A stretch of DNA of 64,000 nucleotides from positions 36,146,001 to 36,210,000 of the forward strand of contig OX597831.1 in assembly GCA_951406725.2 (NCBI GenBank), given 5' to 3'. A program made the translations under genes and the position numbers. The notes below the pieces were generated by a model. It saw only the letters and a program-made list of their open reading frames with translations. It made no database searches and was not told the origin of the DNA. Source of the DNA: Octopus vulgaris. Taxonomy: Eukaryota. Below are positions 1 to 12,175 of the stretch, piece after piece (position 1 is the first letter of the stretch; each line of letters begins with the position of its first letter).

Positions 1-251
1 AACATTACAGAGAGGTTAATTTCATCATTAAGAACATGATGGTAGTATGTTCATTCTCCGTCTGTAGATTTTATCATTGAGTTCATTTTGTTATTTAGAG
101 CTATCAGTGGGGAGGGATTTTTATTCTTGGTTGAATGGAAGAAGATTGCTCGACATTTTAAAACTAATGTAATACTTACAGTGTTTAATAAAATGAGGTA
201 GCATGAAACAAATGTACTACTTTACCTTGGATATCCTTGTTGCTTATTTTC

Positions 252-321
<70 letters not shown>

Positions 322-324
<3 letters not shown>

Positions 325-990
325 GGTGCATTGAATAAACTGTCGTCTAAATTACGCAAAAATAAAAATAACACTCCTTTCTATTATAAGCAGAAAGCCT
401 AGAAACTGGAGGGGAGGAAGAGGCCAGTCAATTAGATTGACCTCAGTACACAACTAGTACTTAATTTATCGACTCCGAAAGGATGAAAGACAAAGTCGAC
501 ATCGGCGGAATTTGAAATCAGAACGTAGCGGCTGACAAACGCTTAGCATTTCGTCCGGCGCGTTAACGATTCTGCCAGCTCGCCGTCTTAATATGAAAAT
601 AACATTGACATTGCATTTTAACAGATATATTTACCAACCTTACATAAAAATATCTTGAAATACTAAAGAGTAGTTTTATTCAATAAAATCGCCATTGGCT
701 TCAACCATAGCTGCCAGACTACTTCGGAATCTACCGCAACTCTTCTGAATGGACTCCTTGTTTAAGTTAGTGAATGCTGCCATAATCCTAGCTTTTAATT
801 CATCTTTGGTGTTACAAGGAGTTTTGCCAGTCTCTCGTTCAACTGTGCCTTACACAAAATAATCAAGAGGGTTTCAATCTGGGGTTTAGGTGGCCAGATG
901 TGAGGGATGATGTGGCCGCAGAAATTGTCTGACAGCTATGACTGGGTTCTCCTGCTTATGTAGCATGATACTGAGTCCTGTTGCAACATA
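322..990 (-). mobile_element. DD37D (maT-family) Tc1/mariner 3' fragment: decayed transposase C-terminus (676-987) plus putative terminal repeat
   Basis: Manual minus-strand translation with one frameshift: QQDSVSCYISRRTQS*LSDNFCGHIIPHIWPP../PD*NPLDYFV*GTVERE...MVEANGDFIE*. There are 37 residues between the 2nd and 3rd catalytic Asp. The element end TA|CAGGGTG abuts (TA)n. A SINE interrupts it. Confidence 0.8.
376..590 (-). mobile_element. tRNA-derived SINE, group S1, inserted in the maT element
   Basis: Matches the S1 copies elsewhere in the window (GGCGAGCTGGCAG head, ATCCTTTCGGAGTCGATAAA core); flanked by the direct repeat AAAATAACA. Confidence 0.85.
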
Positions 991-1052
991 TATATAATGA
1001 TGATAATAAAAATGGATGTCTGTGTGTGTGTGTGTGTGTCATTTTTCAATAT

Positions 1053-1257
1053 GTGACCGCGCGTGTATCGTTGGCGATTTTCTTTCTCCGTCCTCCCTTC
1101 CTTGGACTTTTTTCCTTTTTTCTATATTTCTGACGAAGAGCCCCACTCGAAATGTTAAATCCTCCTTCTTTCTTCCCTTTTCTGAGCATCCAATAACACT
1201 ATACTTGTTCCACGTCCTCGCGTTGTAGTGTTTTCTCTTTGTTCATATTTGGATTAG

Positions 1258-1259
<2 letters not shown>
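1053..1259 (+). mobile_element. Hammerhead-bearing short repeat, family A (Penelope pLTR-like)
   Basis: Homologous to 51787-51990 and to 52340-52435 (minus); 3' end runs into (TA)n; hammerhead motif at 1126-1160. Confidence 0.7.
1126..1160 (+). ncRNA. Minimal type-I hammerhead ribozyme motif (family A)
   Basis: AUUU CUGACGA A GAG ccсca CUC GAAA UG UU AAAU: stem I AUUU/AAAU, intact CUGANGA and GAAA, 3-bp stem II. Confidence 0.65.
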
Positions 1260-1331
<72 letters not shown>

Positions 1332-1554
1332 ATCAATGGGTCTAACAACTAATCATGTGAAGCGAATAAGCAACTTTGCTGTATAGGCTGTAGAGGCGAC
1401 TCTACATCAGACTCAACTAATGGGAGGAAAACGTCATGGTCAGCAAACAAAAAATACCAGAGCAAAACTCGTATGGTAAAGTCTTTGGTGAGACGGAGTT
1501 GTCCCCCTTACCTCACTTCCAGCCTAGTCCACAACGACTTCGGAAGTTTGTAGC

Positions 1555-1609
<55 letters not shown>

Positions 1610-1639
1610 TATGTATATATATCAAACGGTCACAAAACA

Positions 1640-1940
1640 GTGATGACACGTAAATTCGTGGTTAGGGTACTTGGCTCACGATCATGTGTTTGATTCTTGG
1701 TGGCGTGTTGTGTCTTGGAGGAACAGACTTTAATTCACGTTGCTCCAGTACACTCAGCTGGCAACAATGAGTAGAACCTGTAATTCAAAGGGCCAGCCTT
1801 GTCACATTCTCTGTCATGCTGAATTGCCCTACGTTAAGGGTCAGCGTGTCTGTGGAGTGCTCAGCCAGATGTACCTTAATTTTACGAACAGGCTGTTCCC
1901 GTTGATCGGGCCCTCACCGTCGTAACCAACGAAGTGCCAG
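1640..1940 (+). mobile_element. Diverged tRNA-derived SINE, group S3
   Basis: Aligns to the 7067-7448 copy (GGCCAGCCTTGTCAC..., CAGGCTGTTCCGTTGAT, CGTCGTAACCAACGAAGTGC tail). Confidence 0.75.
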
Positions 1941-2691
1941 TTTTAGTCACAAGGCCACATAGGTGATAAAACTTTTAATCAGTACTTAGTTGACTCTTAG
2001 TTATATCGACTGCCGTAAGAAAGACTAGCACAGTTGAACTCGTTGAGATATGAACTCAGAACGTAAGACAACGTAGCAAAAAGCACTGCAAAAAATAAAG
2101 TAATGAAGTCATAGCAACATTTGAGCAAAAGAAGCACAATTAAATATATCTATAAGCTATCAATAGACATCAACTCTCAAAGTATTAAATGGTAAGATTC
2201 TAAAATGAAATAAAACCAAGAACCATGAGAACAGACAATTAAATATATCTGTAAGCTATTAATAGACGTTAACTTCCAAATCATATATGCTAAAAAATTA
2301 TTAAATGCAAAAATTAGAAAAATAAACAATGAATCATGAGAGTAGACGAATTCATGTAGAGTCTCTCTTGGCAGTGAGCACTATGTTGGAAAGATATAAT
2401 TGAGGTCTGCTGTAATACTTGTCTTTCAATGACTCTGCATGAAACTTTAGAAATCGACAACAAAACTAGCAGTAATTATTTAATGAAGAAAAAGAATTGA
2501 GAATCATAAGAAAGAGACAGCAATTTACTAGATAAAGGTAATTAGCTAAGATGGTAAATTTACGAAAGAAAGAAAATTTAAAAAATCTGATGACCGTTTA
2601 ATTTAGTTTAATTCGAACTATTAGTTAAATGAAACTACACGAAGGAAAAAAAACAGAGCACAATTTAGATATACGGAATATTATATTAGAG

Positions 2692-3550
2692 TACTGGCTG
2701 ACGTACCCGGTAATTCCCAGGAATGCAGGGCTTATCTGTTTTCATAATTGTTTCGCTGATCCAATAACAACAATACTAAGTATGTAGCCTTTAAAACGGT
2801 TTTTATGCTTTACAGAGAACACCGAACTGTCTTACACAGGATCTTGTATATAGGAATTCCCAATAAGTTACGAATACCCAAATTGTAAAGTCAGTTATGT
2901 GATAACGTGAAATTAGTTACCCGACAGTAAGAATTCAAATAAAGAAGCCGCGAAAAGGGCTTTAATGCGTTCTCAGAGTATATAGAACATAGGAGGAAAT
3001 GCTAAGGCATGTATGCTAAAATCGTGAATCATGTTACGTAATAACAGGTTAATCAGATATGGGATAATAACAATTCAAAGTAAATAACTCTGAAATGGGC
3101 TTTTGTATTTTCCCAGAGAATATTACCCCCAGAGGCATTAGTGTTGGTATATTCGTGAATAAGTCACTAACCGAAATAAGTGGATCTGTTGTTTAGGAAA
3201 ATACTATTTACTTGTTTAAGGGTTGTACTGGATAAATTGCGAAAATAACTCTAACAGTTCAAATACTAAGAAATATGAAATAAGCAGTTTCATTTTTACC
3301 AAATAATTTAGGAAAACGAATGGGTTATTTCCCTTGGCTATATATAAGGATCCCTTCCAGGGGTCAATGGGTTATTTCCCTTAGTTTTTAAAATAAAATA
3401 TATTAGATATATATAAGGATCCGTTCCAGGGGCCCTAATATTTCAACAATCTGAGTATGTCATGAGGTTTCCAGATATGAGTTTTACTCATGTGTCGTTT
3501 CATCAAAATCGATAAACAATGTAGGAGGAGTTAGCTAACAACATATATAG
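2692..3550. mobile_element. Non-autonomous Helitron/Helentron-like (DINE/Lep1-type) element
   Basis: Starts TACTGG with a short CCCGG..CCAGG hairpin; the other end has TTTCATCAAAATCG...GTAGGAGGAGTT. Same layout as 34784-35178. Internal tandem duplication at 3319-3435. Confidence 0.45.
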
Positions 3551-3691
3551 TAGGTGTTATTAGAATGGTCACATGACACTGTCAGTGAGCAAGGATTTAG
3601 ATTCCTTCGTCTTACATTATTCCTTGATAAATAAATTATTTATCAGGAATTTTCCTGGTTCGAGTTGATGCAGTAATATCGCTACAAGTCG

Positions 3692-3751
<60 letters not shown>

Positions 3752-3752
<1 letters not shown>

Positions 3753-4010
3753 GGCACTTCCATCGTCCAGATTTTGCGCGTGAGCGTCCAGATTTTGCCG
3801 AACGACCTGCACAAATGATTTGTTTATAGTGATCAAATGTATGTGCTACACATTAGCTCACTCCTTGCATCAAATCGGCGTTTCCTGAACAGATGCACGG
3901 CGTGCCACGCGTCATGTGCCAAAATGATGGCAGAACAACGTTGTGAGGTGAAGTATTTTGCTCAAGAACACAACGTACCGCCCGGTCTGGGAATTGAAAT
4001 CACGATCGCT
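3752..4010 (-). mobile_element. SINE with S3-type head and a different tail
   Basis: Minus strand reads GATTTCAATTCCCAGACCGGGCGG..TTGTGTTCTTGAGCAAAATACTT; the tail is also present at 16290-16408. Confidence 0.6.
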
Positions 4011-4215
4011 CGTATTTCGCAAGACATTTCCTGGATTAAGATGTTAAAACGTTAAGTTTCTGGAGAAATTTTGCCTCTTAGGGACAGGAAACATTATCAG
4101 AAGGGCTTTGAGCACTTGGGAGATTATAGAAAGCTTGTGGATATCCAAGGTTAACAGCTCGCAACCCACTACCCACAAATTCTACCAGGAATAAGAACAA
4201 ACCTGAGTGAAACTG

Positions 4216-4217
<2 letters not shown>
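4010..4217 (+). mobile_element. R4/Dong-clade non-LTR retrotransposon 3' end
   Basis: Translates NVKFLEKFCLLGTGNIIRRALST, the C-terminal 'QK..LLGT..I.R..L' motif of RLE-type R4/Dong ORFs, followed by a UTR and (TAC)n(TAA)n. Confidence 0.6.
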
Positions 4218-4300
<83 letters not shown>

Positions 4301-4904
4301 TAGGCGCAGGAGTGGCTGTGTGGTAAGTAGCTTGCTTACCTTACCATTGCGCACGAGCGGGACAGAGTTGTGTTTGACACCGAAGCGTTAAGACGTGCTT
4401 TTGATGCCGTCTTAAATTGAAGACCTGAAACTTAGCTGTAAGGTAAGACTTTCTTCTGTCTAATGAGGTCCTGTTGTATGTCGCAATTAATTTTACAAAC
4501 AAGAAGTCTTCACTGGACTCTAGTCTGCCTGAGGCTGAGTGACAAATTTTTTTCACTTAATTGTGAACATTATTGGTTTGGTGGGCGTATTCTGCCGCAA
4601 AATTTTGTTTGAAAATAGTGTTTTCAATAATATTGTTCCTGTCGAGGAGTACCTAGGAGAAGAAATTTGGAATGATTCTTTAACTGTTTTACAAATGCGT
4701 TAAAATTTTGGCCTGGAGTACTGAGTGGCCTTTGCTGTGTTTTGAACTGTTGCTCTCTCTTCATCTACCTTTTATTAAGAAAAAACTCTTTATTGAACTG
4801 TTAATTTTTTACTCTGCTTTTTGTTTGGACTTTTTTCCTCGTCCTTTTTTTTCCTTAATTATTTTATATTTTAACAATTGTTTTTTGGACTCTTTAAAAA
4901 AAAC

Positions 4905-5740
4905 ATGGCAAATAACAATGAAAAGTTGGTGGAGTGGGAAATTACACCTCCCCAAAAATGGTTAAAAGAACTTCAAAGTAAGGCGGTGGTTTCGAGGACG
5001 TACTCTAGGACCCTCGACACCATTACCGTTTTCAGAAAGGATATAATCGAAAGAGGGCTGGCAGAATTTAAGCCAGGGATTAAGTTTATCTCTCTGGGGG
5101 TCAAATACGTAACCGTGTGGTTGTTGTTTGACTCCCCAGAAGTGGCCGGTGAATTTGCGAGCCAGCCACTGGAGGGCAATGAAATTTTGTTTCTTCCCAC
5201 TTATTGTGGGACGAAATTGACGAGGGCTTGGGTTTGCGGCTTGTCACCCGGAGTTGAGCCCGAGTGGAAAGGAGATACTATCCGCCGGGGTCTGGATGGC
5301 AGTAGCACCAAGCTCCTTAGCGTAAATATTATGCCTGCAGCTGACTGGGAGGGGTCAAAAGCTGTTTTGACCCTATGGACCCAGTCAGCCGAAGGTCTGG
5401 TATTTCCAGACGTTTTGAGAATGGCCTTTCTAGGTATCCGGTGATGCTTGAAGGACGCCCTCCCCCAAGTGTCATCGGTGCTTGAAGCCTGGCCACATAA
5501 AAAAGAACTGTTCTCAAGGGCAAAGCAAAGTCCTAGAGTGGTTGGCGGAGACCTCTGTAGAGGAGGGAATGAAGGTGGCCGAGGAGACGGAAGACTCCTC
5601 AAAGAGCCGCAAAAGGAAAAGGGTGAGCAATAATGGGTTGCTCCCGAAGGATGCTGTGGATGAGAGAGGGGAGACAAATCTCCGGGTCACGGAGGAGACG
5701 CACCCTTCCCTAGTCGAGAAGAAAAAAGGAGGAAGAAGAG
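4905..5740 (+). pseudogene. Tx1/L1-clade ORF1 (gag-like), frameshifted; 5' UTR from about 4341
   Basis: ATG at 4905. CCHC zinc knuckle CHRCLKPGHIKKNC near 5470-5511 after a frameshift. The N-terminal domain aligns by eye with the ORF1 at 28104-28630. Confidence 0.75.
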
Positions 5741-6167
5741 TGAACACCGATAGAATAATCAGTCGAAGAGACCCGATATAATTGTGGATAACTGTAAAAA
5801 GAAAATATGTCCTTTAAATGGCGTGGACGTAACATTTGATTGTAACATCTGGAAGGAGTCCCGAAACCTCAGTAAATATAAAAATCTGATAAATAAAGTT
5901 GAGAAAATGTGGCATCTTGAGGCCTGTATAATACAGGAGATTGTCGGTGCACTTGAGATAAGAAAGCGAACAAAAATGTATTTGGACCAGATACCCGGAA
6001 AGCCATCTCTGCAAGAAATACAGAAAATAGTATTGGCTGTCCCTGTACGTATCTTGGGAAGGGAATTACCAATTTAAATACCTGTTCGTATTAACAAATT
6101 TTGCCTCAGGTATCAGGATGACTCTCGGCAGGATATGGAAAAGACGCAGAATTCAAACGAAGATCCA
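5740..6167 (+). mobile_element. Decayed R4/Dong-type RLE endonuclease C-terminus plus 3' UTR
   Basis: TDRIISRR/RPDIIVDN..ICPLNGVDVTFDCNI..KE..LSKY..L...MW....IVGAL.....YLDQIPG...LQEIQKIVL....ILGREL; ends at (TAA)n 6168-6217. Confidence 0.7.
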
Positions 6168-6219
<52 letters not shown>

Positions 6220-6919
6220 TATGTTATTGCTGTAACACATAATTGTATGTGTTACAATGCAATTCATATTTAAAAATAAGAAGCATATAGTGCAATTCAC
6301 CTTATAATGCATATAACTTATTTCTTTAACCTGTTAATAGAAATTAATGTGACTTTCCTGTTGGTTTTCATATTTTTTCTGAAGAAACGGAGCTGAAAAT
6401 GGAAATATATAACACCCTGGAGTTGTTGAAACCACTTAATCATAAAGCTTTTGTGTTATGGAACATCTTCTAAATGAATATCAAATCGAAAGGAAGAGAG
6501 AATATGGGAGAGAAAATCAAAAACAAACATCATTATTTATTATGCGATACGAGCGAGTGCTTTGTAAAGATTGTTTCCAAAGTCAAATAAATAAAGTTGA
6601 CATTCCATTGTTTCATTATTGCAATCACTTTGGAAAGCATGGCGACACTTAAATTCTCAAGTATTCAAGTATTCTTTTTCTTGAAGCGTATGTTTGATTT
6701 CGTTACTGAATCGTTTACAGAACACATTGAAAACGTCAAGTACTGCCTCTGGTGGTGGTGTGTTTCCAATGTTAATATACTTTCTGTGATTAAATTCGAT
6801 TTCACGTTAGAGAATTTACATGGTTATAAATGAAAATTCTGATTTTCTGATATAAGCACAAGGCCTCGAAATTTAGGGAATGTTCTGTAGTCGATTATAT
6901 TGATAACAATTCTTGACTG

Positions 6920-7608
6920 AAAATTAATATTTTAAAATCTCATAACGTGAGATATTCAGCAACAGTACTTTCTAGTAAAGATTGTTTGCCAACATAACAT
7001 GGTAGTCCTGGTTTAGGATTAATGTTGCTGTAATTTATCCCCAGGGGACATCGTCTCCAGCAGGCTGAAGCACTCCGTCGGTTACGACGACGAGGGTTCC
7101 GGTTGACCCGAATCAACGGAACAGCCTGCTCGTGAAATTAACGTGTAAGTGGCTGAGCACTCCACAGACACGTGTACCCTTAACGTAGTTCTCGGGGATA
7201 TTCAGCGTGACACAGAGAGTGACAAGGCCGGCCCTTTGAAATACAGGTACAACAGAAACAGGAAGTAAGAGTGAGAGAAAGTTGTGGTGAAAGAGTACTG
7301 CAGGGATCACCACCATCCCCTGCCGGAGCTTCGTGGAGCTTTAGGTGTTTTCGCTCAATAAACACTCACAACGCCCGGTCTGGGAATCGAAACCGCGATC
7401 CTATAACCGCGAGTCCGCTGCCCTAACCACTGGGCCATTGCGCCTCCACAGCAGGCTATACAACATGATCTGTGTCCTAACAGGTTCGAAAATGTAAGGA
7501 CACAGATCGTGAAGTATAGTCAGCTGGAGACGATGTATCCTGGGGCTAAATTACAGCAACATTAATCCTAAACCAGGACTGCCATGTTATGTTGGCAAAC
7601 AATCTTTA
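6920..7608. mobile_element. Foldback element with ~116-bp inverted arms and a one-sided extension
   Basis: After removing the SINE, 6976-7482 is the reverse complement of 7493-7608, with loop GGTTCGAAAA. It interrupts an S1 SINE remnant with an imperfect duplication AATTCTTGACTG/AATATTTGACTG. Confidence 0.75.
7067..7448 (-). mobile_element. Full-length young tRNA-derived SINE, group S3
   Basis: Head GTGGAGGCGCAATGGCCCAGTGGTTAGG (A box) ... GGTTTCGATTCC (B box); tail CCGACGGAGTGC resembles the RTE tail at 34425-34438; 9-bp TSD CAGCAGGCT (7058-7066 and 7449-7457). Confidence 0.9.
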
Positions 7609-7765
7609 ATATTTGACTGGTACTTTATTTTATCGACCCTGGAAGGATGGAATGCAAAATGGTCCTCCGCTGTATTTGGAATCAGAATAAAAAGTATCAC
7701 AAATGCGTTTTTGCGTCAGACCAATGCCGTAATTTAATTCAATGCCATGTTTACTAACGAAAATA

Positions 7766-8005
7766 CTGGTTTCAAATGTTGGCACAAGACCAACAATTTT
7801 GAGGAAGGAGCAAAGATGATTTGTTTGAAAATAGTGTTTCAATAATATTGTCCCAGTACACAACTGATACTTATTTTATCGGTATCGAAAAGATTTTAGG
7901 CAAAATAGACCTCGGCGAATTTGAACCCAGAGCATCAAGGCGGACGAAATACCGCTAAGCATTTTGCCTGGCGTGCTTGGGATTCTGCCAGCTAGTCACC
8001 GTCTT
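7766..8005 (-). mobile_element. S1 SINE carrying a foreign 32-bp insert
   Basis: S1 head and core on the minus strand; 7820-7851 matches 4604-4636. Confidence 0.75.
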
Positions 8006-8164
8006 AGTAACGAAAATAATAAAGTAGCTTTCTATCTTCAGGTTATGAGACGTTGTGGCACAGCCGTTTTGGCGTCGCCGATTATTTGGCATCAAACATC
8101 TTAATGTTTATCTAGTTCTCTCCTCCTTTTTTACTGTTCATGTTCGCTAGCATCTAGTAATGTT

Positions 8165-8510
<346 letters not shown>

Positions 8511-9991
8511 AACTTAGAATAACTTAGAAAGGTTTTGGCCAGTATTGGCCCAGGCCATGTCTAACTTAATAGCACCACCTGGCGAAGTCTTTCAGTTCAG
8601 GATTTGGGCACCAAGGCCCATTCGAGCAGAGAGTTATTGTTTGCGGAGACATATCCGGGTGTGGGTGGTTTGTCCGGTACTGTTTGAAGGAATTTGTCCA
8701 AAGACGTCTTGAATTTTGTGTGGTCAGTTTCTTTTTTGACGTGTCCTGGTGTAATGTTGAAGAGAGCGGGTCCAATTGAGGTGAAATAGTTGTGCCGTAT
8801 TGTCGTTATGTGATGCGATTTAGATTTTTGTTGTGGACGGATGGCACGTGGTCCAAGCCTTGGATGTATTTTGAAGGTGATGCCAACATCATTCGGACAG
8901 TGCTGATGGAATATTTTCCACATCATACAGATAATGTAGCGTTCACGGCGTCGTTGGAGTGAATACAATTTCAGCTTCTCTAGTCTACCCCAGTAGTCAA
9001 GGTCTGACATGCCATCTATCTTTTTTGTGATTGACCTTTGGGGAGCTTCAATTCTCATAATATTTTGTTTTGTGTAGGGAGACCACAGTGGACAGCAGTA
9101 TTCAAGGTGGGGTCGGGCAAAAGTGGAGAAGAGAAGGATAATAGCGTGGAAATCTCTCGACTGGAAGGTTCTGAGAATCCAGGAACACATTCTGCGGGCC
9201 ATGTCAACTTTGCTGCTTATATGTGTAGCCCAGCTTATGTTGTTGTCCACTGTTACTCCCAAGTCTCTGATGTTGTTGGATACCATGAGAATTTCTCCAG
9301 AAGGAAGAGAGTATGGGAGTTTCAGAGCGTCCTCCCTTCCAAAGTGGATCAGTTCGAATTTGTCTTCATTTAGCAACATGTTATTCTTTTCCGCCCATTG
9401 GACAACAGCCAGTAGGTCTGACTGAAGGTTTATTCGGTCATCCACGCCATTGATGACCTTCTGGAGCTTGGAATCATCAGCGAAGGTTCTGATGTTACTG
9501 TGTTTGATGGTGTCAGTAATATCATTTATGTAGATGATGAAGAGAAGTGGGCCCAACACAGTGCCTTGTGGGACACCACTGCTGACTTTGGCTGGGCTGG
9601 ATTTGACTCCTTCGACTACAACATGTTGGGTTCTGTTAGACAGGAAGCACTTGATCCACTTCAGCAGCTTTCCAGTGACACCAATATTGGACAGCTTTCT
9701 CAGAAGGATCTTATGATCAACCCTGTCAAAGGCCTTGCTAAAATCAAGGTAGATGACATCAGTGTTGGAACCTTCTCCCAAGGCTCTCAAAATGTCATCA
9801 AAATGATGCAGTAGCTGCGTCAGGCAATCTCTCCCATTACGGAATCCATGCTGTTTGGGGTTCAGCATATTATGACTCTCAAGGAAGTGAGTCATACGCG
9901 ATCTCAGCACCCTCTCAAATACCTTGATGATATGAGAGATGAGTGAGATTGGACGGTAATTCACGGCAAGCGATTTGTTTCCTTTTTTGAA
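8511..9991 (-). mobile_element. 5'-truncated CR1-group LINE; uninterrupted RT and C-terminal ORF2 (8597-9991)
   Basis: FKKG..NYRPISL, QHGFR, YLDFSKAFDRVDH, SGVPQGTVLGPLLF, FADD, RDLGV, RPHLEYC, PGY...NSL motifs with no stops or frameshifts; short 3' UTR ending (TTCTAAGTTA)x2 then (TA)n; endonuclease absent. Confidence 0.93.
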
Positions 9992-10236
9992 ATATTGCTG
10001 TCTGGGAGATGTCTTATGGTTGTGGAATAGTATTTAACTGCTATTTCTAAATTTCGGTATGTGGTGAAGCAATTTTTGTTGAACCCTAATTAAAAATTAT
10101 GCTTATAATTATAGAATTTTTGTATCAGGTTACCGATAATGGTTAATTTAACATAGCGAACTACTTTGTAAAATTATTAATTGTTAATTGATTAATTAAT
10201 TTTACCCTTTATTATTATTGATAACATATATTTATA

Positions 10237-10284
<48 letters not shown>

Positions 10285-10567
10285 CCTCTCTCTCCCTACC
10301 TCTCTCCCTCTCTTTGTCGGTCTATCTATATGTGTATATTTCTGTGCATATATGCCCGTGTGTGTGTGTAGTATGTTTGCTTCCAGCGCCAAAACGATCT
10401 GTCACCAAAATGGATGGAATATCCAGTGAGTCGCGTCAAATTGCCAGCATCCAAACAGCCGCACTCATTCGTCTCCTTCCATTGTCCTCATGAGTTTCAG
10501 AATACAAATAAAGGTATCAGGAAAGATTGGAAGATAAATAAATAAATAAATAATAATAATGATGATG

Positions 10568-10635
<68 letters not shown>

Positions 10636-10636
10636 C

Positions 10637-10665
<29 letters not shown>

Positions 10666-10667
<2 letters not shown>

Positions 10668-11214
10668 TACAGTACCAGGCAGTAGCTCTCGTGGCTTCTG
10701 ATCTTAACTGATTGGAAGTGTTATCATGTACATTGTTTTATCTTGGTATGAAAGATGGGCTACAGCAAATATTCTGCTCAATACCACAGATTTGCTTGTC
10801 AGTTGTTTGACCGTAACCAGTTGAGCATGTCCCTTAGTGGCTGACGATATTTGCATCTCTGATCACGAGCAGAAGTAGTGGGGGAGCATCATAGCCATGT
10901 GTTGAGAGGGATTCTTTGGGGTTTGAATAATTCACCTCAGGAAACACGGGTGGTTCTTTCAACATCCTTAAACAACCCTTATTCAGGGACCTTTTGAGTG
11001 GGATGGGCTACTCAACCTGAAGAAAATTCTAACTGGGCACCACCTGCAAGGTCATGTGCTGTTTATCTTGATATGAGATCACCATGTCGCGCACATATGG
11101 TTGTGATGCATGTGCCTGGTGTACCCTTAACAGACGGGTAGTCATGATGGGTATATTGGGCTTCGTATATTTTACCCCAGTGTCACTTTGATGGCATGAA
11201 CTACTCTCTCACTC
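10666..11214. mobile_element. Unclassified ~550-bp GC-richer insert within a (TAA)n array
   Basis: Sharp boundaries with (AAT)n on both sides and no recognisable ORF. Single copy in this window, so repeat status is inferred. Confidence 0.45.
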
Positions 11215-11261
<47 letters not shown>

Positions 11262-11278
11262 TAATGTTAATAATAATA

Positions 11279-12175
11279 GGCGTAGGAATGACTTTGTGGT
11301 AAATAACTTGCTTACCAACCACGTGGTTCGGAGTTCAGTTCCACTGCGTGGCACATTGGGCAAATGTCTTCTACTATAGCCTTGGGCCGACCAAAGCCTT
11401 TTGAGTGGATTTCGTGGACGGAAACTGAAAGGAGCCCGTCGTATGTATGTATGTATGTATGTATGTATGTATGTATGTATGTATGTATGTATGTATGTAT
11501 GTATGTATGTATGTAGCAACATATGGATGCGAGACCTGGACACTAAAAAAAGCTGACCAAAAGAGAATTAATGCATTCGAGCTTTAGTGTTGGAGAAGAC
11601 TTTTACGGATTCCATGGACAGCGAGGCTCACCAATGTAGAAGTTCTTAAGCAGATCAGGCCGAAAATGTCGCTAGAAGCTAGGATCACCAAGCATAGATT
11701 GGCATATTTTGCGGAGAAAATCCCTGGAGAAGGACATCATGCTCGGAATGGTCAGTGACAAGAGAGGAAGAGGCCGACCAAGAACCCGCTGGCTTGACAC
11801 CATCAAGAGTGATACCGGAATGGACATAGCCAATCTGAAAGAAGCGGCCCAGGATAGAACTGACTGGAGGACACTGATCCAACGAGTAACCGAGAGTCGA
11901 CTTTGACTGAGTGTATGTATGTATGTATGTATGTATGTATGTATGTATATGTATGTGTGTGTATATGTTTGTGTGTCTGTGTTTGTCCCCCAACATCGCT
12001 TGACAGCCGATGCTGGTGTGTTTACTTCCCCGTAACTTAGTGGTTCGGCAAAAGAGACCAATAGAATAAGTACTAGGCTTACAAATAGTAAGTCCTGGGG
12101 TAGATTTGCTCGACTAAAGGCAGCGCTTCAGTGAAATGACTGAAACAAGTAAAAGAGTAAAGAGTAAAGAGAGTA
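11279..12175 (+). mobile_element. S2 SINE (tRNA head, internal microsatellite), split by an RTE fragment
   Basis: Head GGCGTAGGA..TGTGGTAA..GTTCAGTTCCACTGCGTGG; 3' half TGTCCCCCAACATCGCTTGAC...GACTGAAACAAGTAAAAGAG; homologous to 47787-48203. Confidence 0.9.
11515..11912 (+). mobile_element. RTE (BovB-like) LINE 3' fragment
   Basis: ATYGCETWTLKKADQKRINAFEL*CWRRLLRIPWT..TN.EVL...LEKDIMLGMV..KRGRGRPRTRWLD.I....AQDR..WR; inserted in (TATG)n. Confidence 0.9.

Noticed and set aside
1388-1412. Minus-strand CTGATG next to the hairpin TGTAGAG-GCGA-CTCTACA
   Set aside because: No GAAA or UH element; just a small hairpin.
9038-9814. Plus-strand ORFs over the LINE; likewise the antisense ORFs at 4973-5747, 28212-28601 and 29243-30265
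   Set aside because: Shadows of transposon ORFs or of a T-rich UTR.
10666-11214. HDV-like ribozyme at the end of the (TAA)n insert
   Set aside because: No nested double pseudoknot could be identified by eye.
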